Part shown: positions 16,661-20,000 of the stretch, in pieces
How positions within the stretch are numbered: position 1 is the stretch's first letter
How the letters are laid out: every line of letters starts with the position of its first letter
IMG/VR virus record: IMGVR_UViG_3300017938_000552
DNA from: an uncultured virus (IMG/VR IMGVR_UViG_3300017938_000552)
Lineage: Duplodnaviria; Heunggongvirae; Uroviricota; Caudoviricetes
Length of the DNA: 20,000 nt
Strand: one strand, 5' to 3'
Made by a program: the position numbers and the translations under genes
Notes under the pieces: generated by a model
The model's database searches: none
What the model saw: the letters and a program-made list of their open reading frames with translations, nothing else
Told to the model about the DNA's origin: nothing

Positions 16661-16885
16661 TTAGACGCCTCTCCCAGAATCCTCATACTGTGGGTACTTC
16701 TCGATGTACCAACTCTTGTCCTTGAAACTCCAAGTGAACCACATCTTCCTTATGTGTCCGTTTGCCTGTTTTGCCATAGCTTGTTTTGCATTTCCAGATA
16801 CCCTTCTGTGTAGCGGATTGAAAGTAACCATTACATACGACTTGGTGTTGGGGTTATAAATTTTATAAAAATAATCTCTTGGCAT
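16661..16885 (-). CDS. Small basic hypothetical protein
   Basis: 74 aa; AGGAG...TAAAAATG junction. Confidence 0.75.
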   Translation of the reverse strand: MPRDYFYKIYNPNTKSYVMVTFNPLHRRVSGNAKQAMAKQANGHIRKMWFTWSFKDKSWYIEKYPQYEDSGRGV

Positions 16886-16887
16886 TT

Positions 16888-17109
16888 TTACTTTTTTCTC
16901 CTTGACTTTTTATTCTTAGCTAACCAAGGTGCATACGTTAGATGGCTTGTGTGTTCCATATCGGTTCCACCATTGAGGAACCTTATATATGCCCAATACG
17001 GTTTATCCTTCCAGCCAATGATCTTGGCTTTGAAGCCGTCCGGTTCGGTGATGACATAATCACCCACGACAAGTTCCTTTGCAAATTTATACTTTTTATC
17101 GTTTGGCAT
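16888..17109 (-). CDS. Small basic protein, possible SH3/KOW-like beta-barrel
   Basis: AKELVVGDYV...AKIIG...YIRFLNG pattern; basic tail; conserved junction. Confidence 0.7.
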   Translation of the reverse strand: MPNDKKYKFAKELVVGDYVITEPDGFKAKIIGWKDKPYWAYIRFLNGGTDMEHTSHLTYAPWLAKNKKSRRKK

Positions 17110-17111
17110 TT

Positions 17112-17306
17112 TTACTTTCTCCTACTCGGTCTTGAGTAAACACCATATGGTCCACCACGTATTTTCAATGTGGTGACTACCATGTGATGATAGTGACGCT
17201 GATAATCTACAACATCTTTCACATCTTTCTTGTCACGTGCTGTTCTGACAAATAACCATTCATGTCCACCACGAACTAAACGTTTTGGAAATTGACCCAT
17301 TTTCAT
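17112..17306 (-). CDS. Small basic protein, SPOR-like paralog family
   Basis: KRLVRGGHEWLF...DKKDVKDVVDYQR...VVTTLK...YGVYSRP. Confidence 0.75.
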   Translation of the reverse strand: MKMGQFPKRLVRGGHEWLFVRTARDKKDVKDVVDYQRHYHHMVVTTLKIRGGPYGVYSRPSRRK

Positions 17307-17307
17307 T

Positions 17308-17595
17308 TTACTTTTTCACCCTCTTCCTGAGCTTGTACACATCTGGTGTACCGTGCATCCGTGTCATAGTCATATTTTTGGTTATGGGAATGTTTACATC
17401 TCTTGATGGTAATCCTTCCTTGACACGAATTAGTTCAACTAAACTGTTGCCTTTCTTGTAGATGAATTTCTTGTTCTTTCCATACTCCATCTTCTTAATG
17501 CAGGTATATCCATTATCTCTAAGATACTCATCAGAATCAGCATAACCGTTGGTTAGGTAGCCATACTTATTCTTAAACATTATCCATTTTACCAT
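17308..17595 (-). CDS. Basic hypothetical protein
   Basis: 95 aa; TAATG overlap with the upstream gene. Confidence 0.75.
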   Translation of the reverse strand: MVKWIMFKNKYGYLTNGYADSDEYLRDNGYTCIKKMEYGKNKKFIYKKGNSLVELIRVKEGLPSRDVNIPITKNMTMTRMHGTPDVYKLRKRVKK

Positions 17596-17990
17596 TACCT
17601 ATTTTTCACCCTCTCTTGGAACGCCTTGTCCTTCTCTCTAAACTTCTTGAAGAGTTGAGCAGTATTTATTGGTGTTTCACCAGCACCATCAAGTGCCTTG
17701 TTTACAAGGAGAACAAACCTATGTTCCTTCTCTTTCATCGTCTTAGTTTGTGGTATGAATTTTTTATTTTCCAGATCATAATGTGGACCAAATCTGTCGT
17801 GTGCCATACTGACACCGTAGATGACGTTGCCTCTAATGTTGTGACCAGCCCTAATTTCCCTACCAATAGCTTTGAATCCAAAAACATCAAAGGTTTTGGC
17901 TAAACCATCAACCCATTTTTTACGCAAATCCTCTTTCAAGGCTTTGTCAAGTTTATTGAGTTGCTTGGTCTGAGTTTTAGTTAGCACCAT
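17595..17990 (-). CDS. Basic hypothetical protein
   Basis: 131 aa; GGAGAAAG-TAAAAATG junction. Confidence 0.8.
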   Translation of the reverse strand: MVLTKTQTKQLNKLDKALKEDLRKKWVDGLAKTFDVFGFKAIGREIRAGHNIRGNVIYGVSMAHDRFGPHYDLENKKFIPQTKTMKEKEHRFVLLVNKALDGAGETPINTAQLFKKFREKDKAFQERVKNR

Positions 17991-17992
17991 TT

Positions 17993-18244
17993 TTACTTTC
18001 TCCCCTTTTTATAGACAACAGGTGTTCTCATTACTGTGTACAAGCTGAAATGTCCCTTTAAGACTCTTGCTTTGATACCTTTGGAACGCAACCAACCAGC
18101 CCTAGTTAATGCTTGTTCTCTGGTCATATTTATGGGACCATCGTATTCATAGCCCTTACTTTCCCAATACTTTATCTTTTTCATCAACACCTTATGTTTA
18201 TATGGTGCTATTTCTCGTACTTTAACAGAATCACTTCTTCTCAT
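17993..18244 (-). CDS. Small basic protein, SPOR-like paralog family (N-terminally extended)
   Basis: KGYEY...MTREQALTRAGWLRSKGIKARVLK...LYTVMR. Confidence 0.8.
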   Translation of the reverse strand: MRRSDSVKVREIAPYKHKVLMKKIKYWESKGYEYDGPINMTREQALTRAGWLRSKGIKARVLKGHFSLYTVMRTPVVYKKGRK

Positions 18245-18249
18245 TTTTC

Positions 18250-18411
18250 TTACCTCTTTGCCTCATATTTCAGATAGAAGTAAAAGATTTGTCCACCACT
18301 TTTAACTGGTGTTTTCAGCTTATGAATTTTTACCTCTTTTCCAAGTATCCGCTTGACGGATTCCTTTGACCTCATGGCTGATGATTTTGTCCTGAAATAG
18401 TGCATGGTCAT
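18250..18411 (-). CDS. 53-aa basic protein (MTMHYFRTKSSAMRSKESVKRILGKEVKIHKLK...FYFYLKYEAKR), probable truncated family member
   Basis: Hand translation; TAATG overlap; AGGTGA SD. Confidence 0.7.
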   Translation of the reverse strand: MTMHYFRTKSSAMRSKESVKRILGKEVKIHKLKTPVKSGGQIFYFYLKYEAKR

Positions 18412-18578
18412 TACTTTTTCACCTTACTTCTCTCTTTCTTATATTTTTCTACAATATCCTCAATATTCTTTAAACCAGCCTCACCCTTGTGTGCATACAC
18501 ACCAGCAGAGTATTCTACTGGGAAACCATATTTTACAAGTTTCTTGAATCTTATGATCAGATTTTGTTTTCTTGGCAT
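18411..18578 (-). CDS. 55-aa basic protein (MPRKQNLIIRFKKLVKYGF...KERSKVKK)
   Basis: Hand translation; first gene behind promoter copy 7. Confidence 0.75.
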   Translation of the reverse strand: MPRKQNLIIRFKKLVKYGFPVEYSAGVYAHKGEAGLKNIEDIVEKYKKERSKVKK

Positions 18579-18609
18579 TGATTATCGTAATAGTAATGCT
18601 CACACAACT

Positions 18610-18626
18610 ATATAAATGTTATGATA
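18610..18626 (-). promoter_or_regulatory. Conserved promoter element, copy 7
   Basis: ATATAAATGTTATGATA, 32 nt from the ATG at 18578. Confidence 0.85.
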
Positions 18627-18672
18627 AAAAAGTAAGAATGGTCAAAACTTTAAATATTCGGCTACCCATACT

Positions 18673-18725
18673 AACCGCAAACCTTATATATTCATAGTGA
18701 ATATCTTTGAACCATGAAAGACATG
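18673..18725 (+). repeat. Duplicated promoter/leader block, copy A
   Basis: AACCGCAAACCTTATATA...TGAAAGACATG; about 46/54 identical to 19001-19054 by hand alignment. Confidence 0.8.
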
Positions 18726-18989
18726 TGTAAGATAGAAGTTATATATACAAAATCCCTGAACTACCCTATTAGAATCACCAGAGATGAAAAAGTTTATAAA
18801 TGGTCTAATTGGTCATATAAGAATCCACGTGTTAAAGACTACTATTCTGGTCTGGGTATCAGTGCAAAAGTAATCAAATATATCTATACTGGTCCACATA
18901 GAGCTAACTATGCTGGCGGTGAAGGTAAACCGTTCTATGCTGTTTACATTTATGAAAAGCCAAGCAGAACCAAATCCTTAAATATCTGA
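18723..18989 (+). CDS. Basic Tyr-rich protein, distant member of the SPOR-like family
   Basis: IRITRDEKVYKW...GISAKVIK...FYAVYIY. Start is the ATG at 18723 (conserved in both repeats) or 18714. Confidence 0.65.
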   Translation: MCKIEVIYTKSLNYPIRITRDEKVYKWSNWSYKNPRVKDYYSGLGISAKVIKYIYTGPHRANYAGGEGKPFYAVYIYEKPSRTKSLNI

Positions 18990-19000
18990 TCATATTTGAA

Positions 19001-19054
19001 AACCACAAACCTTATATACTTTATAGTATATATCTTTTAAACGTGAAAGACATG
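19001..19054 (+). repeat. Duplicated promoter/leader block, copy B
   Basis: AACCACAAACCTTATATA...TGAAAGACATG. Confidence 0.8.
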
Positions 19055-19564
19055 AACACAATGACAATCAATAAGGAACTTGCGGAAGAACTTCTCTCAG
19101 CCATCCACATAGCACAGGCTGAGACAGGTGAGTTTTACGAGATCGAGAAAAAGATTCTCAGAAACTTCCCTGAGATTGTGGAAGAGAACAAGATCAGAGA
19201 ACAGAAAATTGAGGAAATCTGTGCAGAGCAAAAGAGGGGTAAGCAACTCGTAATTGCAAAATTCTCCAAGGATGTACAACACCCAACAGTCTCTGGTGCA
19301 ATCACATGGTACTTAGCGAATGAGAAATTCATCAGGGAAAACTACTCTGATGAGATTTGCTTCGCAGGTGAGATGTGGGAGAGCCTACCTAAGCCACAAC
19401 TTAACGAGATGATCAAGAGCCTACGTGCATCAAAGGGCAGAAACAGTTTTGAGGATGATGGACTCAGAAACAGAAAGGACAGTGAACTTTGGCACAGCCT
19501 CATACCGTTCCTAGAGAACGCTACTTACCTTGAGAGAGTCAGGAACAGCAAGAGGAAGAACTAA
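19052..19564 (+). CDS. Hypothetical helical protein
   Basis: ORF track 19043..19564; the ATG at 19052 is the conserved position in the repeat. Confidence 0.75.
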   Translation: MNTMTINKELAEELLSAIHIAQAETGEFYEIEKKILRNFPEIVEENKIREQKIEEICAEQKRGKQLVIAKFSKDVQHPTVSGAITWYLANEKFIRENYSDEICFAGEMWESLPKPQLNEMIKSLRASKGRNSFEDDGLRNRKDSELWHSLIPFLENATYLERVRNSKRKN

Positions 19565-19566
19565 CC

Positions 19567-19704
19567 TTGACAGATTTCATAGATGATATGACAGACCCAA
19601 AAAAGATCGTGTGGGAAGAGAACGAGAAGGAAGAGTTACTTGCCTTCATCGAGCAACAAGCAAAGGCAGTGGCAAGAGAGACAACCTACAAGTGGGTTGT
19701 TTAA
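19567..19704 (+). CDS. 45-aa acidic hypothetical protein (MTDFIDDMTDPKKIVWEENEKEELLAFIEQQAKAVARETTYKWVV)
   Basis: Hand translation; TTG start with a GAGG SD 2 nt after the previous stop. Confidence 0.55.
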   Translation: MTDFIDDMTDPKKIVWEENEKEELLAFIEQQAKAVARETTYKWVV

Positions 19705-20000
19705 ATTTTACCTTCTTTCTCCAACCTGCGTTCTAGACCATTTGCCAATAGATGTGCCCTTTTGTATGACATTCCTTTATCCATCATTGAAAGTTCATCC
19801 CTCAGAACTTCCATAGTCTCTTTCTTTTCAAGTGGTGACATCCCACGTTGCATTATTACTGTTTTCTTAGGATAAGGATATTTTATGTGATAAGCATTTG
19901 CTTCGTGATAGTGAATAGCACCCCAATTTGATATATGATTATCTTTGAAAAACCTACTTGAGTATTTGATTTTATACCCAGAAATTTTTTGTGGTTTCAA
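19701..20000 (-). CDS. Basic hypothetical protein, probably 5'-truncated by the window edge
   Basis: Open to the window end; C-terminal MMDKGMSYKRAHLLANGLE motif. Confidence 0.65.
   Translation of the reverse strand: MKPQKISGYKIKYSSRFFKDNHISNWGAIHYHEANAYHIKYPYPKKTVIMQRGMSPLEKKETMEVLRDELSMMDKGMSYKRAHLLANGLERRLEKEGKI

Noticed and set aside
12448..18578. Short ORFs as fragments of long genes (stop-codon recoding or pseudogenisation)
   Set aside because: Most stops are TAA, successive ORFs change frame, each has its own SD and ATG, and thyX, nrdG and the phosphoesterase are intact in the standard code.
345..19332. Overlapping opposite-strand or alternate-frame ORFs in the track (e.g. 345..566, 930..1244, 3563..3775, 3893..4129, 4669..4911, 5103..5375, 5452..5700, 5907..6134, 5986..6231, 6702..6932, 7969..8157, 8466..8654, 9133..9363, 10758..10940, 10774..11094, 11129..11344, 12895..13119, 13640..13825, 14010..14195, 16543..16725, 16942..17139, 17616..17903, 18400..18615, 19097..19282, 19135..19332)
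   Set aside because: They shadow better-supported genes, lack promoter or SD signals, and mostly have the F/L/S-rich composition of antisense frames.
1..20000. tRNA, rRNA or long structured ncRNA
   Set aside because: No GC-rich cloverleaf or T-loop context seen, and almost no intergenic space once small ORFs are counted. A covariance-model scan was not possible.
1..20000. Borg-type element
   Set aside because: Low GC, single-strand gene bias and archaeal signals are compatible, but no perfect tandem direct repeats are visible in this window, so the assignment is unsupported.

Overview
AT-rich, very gene-dense DNA that looks like part of an archaeal virus or other large archaeal extrachromosomal element. 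Nearly all genes are short hypotheticals. Many are preceded by an archaeal TATA box about 25-32 nt upstream of the start codon. The recognisable genes are typical viral accessory functions: thyX, an anaerobic ribonucleotide reductase activase, a HAD phosphatase, a DUF4406-like protein, a calcineurin-like phosphoesterase, a PD-(D/E)XK nuclease-like protein, an HExxH membrane protease and DUF2695. No capsid, terminase, polymerase or integrase gene is visible, so the element type is inferred. The most striking structure is a putative regulon. A 17-bp element (coding strand TATCATAACA-TTTAWAT, a near-palindromic site fused to the TATA box) occurs 7 times, each 30-32 nt upstream of a minus-strand ATG. 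It heads about 28 genes, mostly tiny Lys/Arg-rich proteins. Most of these lie in two long head-to-tail arrays (12448-14484 and 15965-18578) joined by a stereotyped SD-TAAAAATG junction. At least 6-9 of the microproteins form a divergent paralogous family with a SPOR-like pattern. One predicted membrane-anchored surface glycoprotein shares the same promoter. Several real-looking ORFs under 60 aa are missing from the supplied track and were translated by hand.
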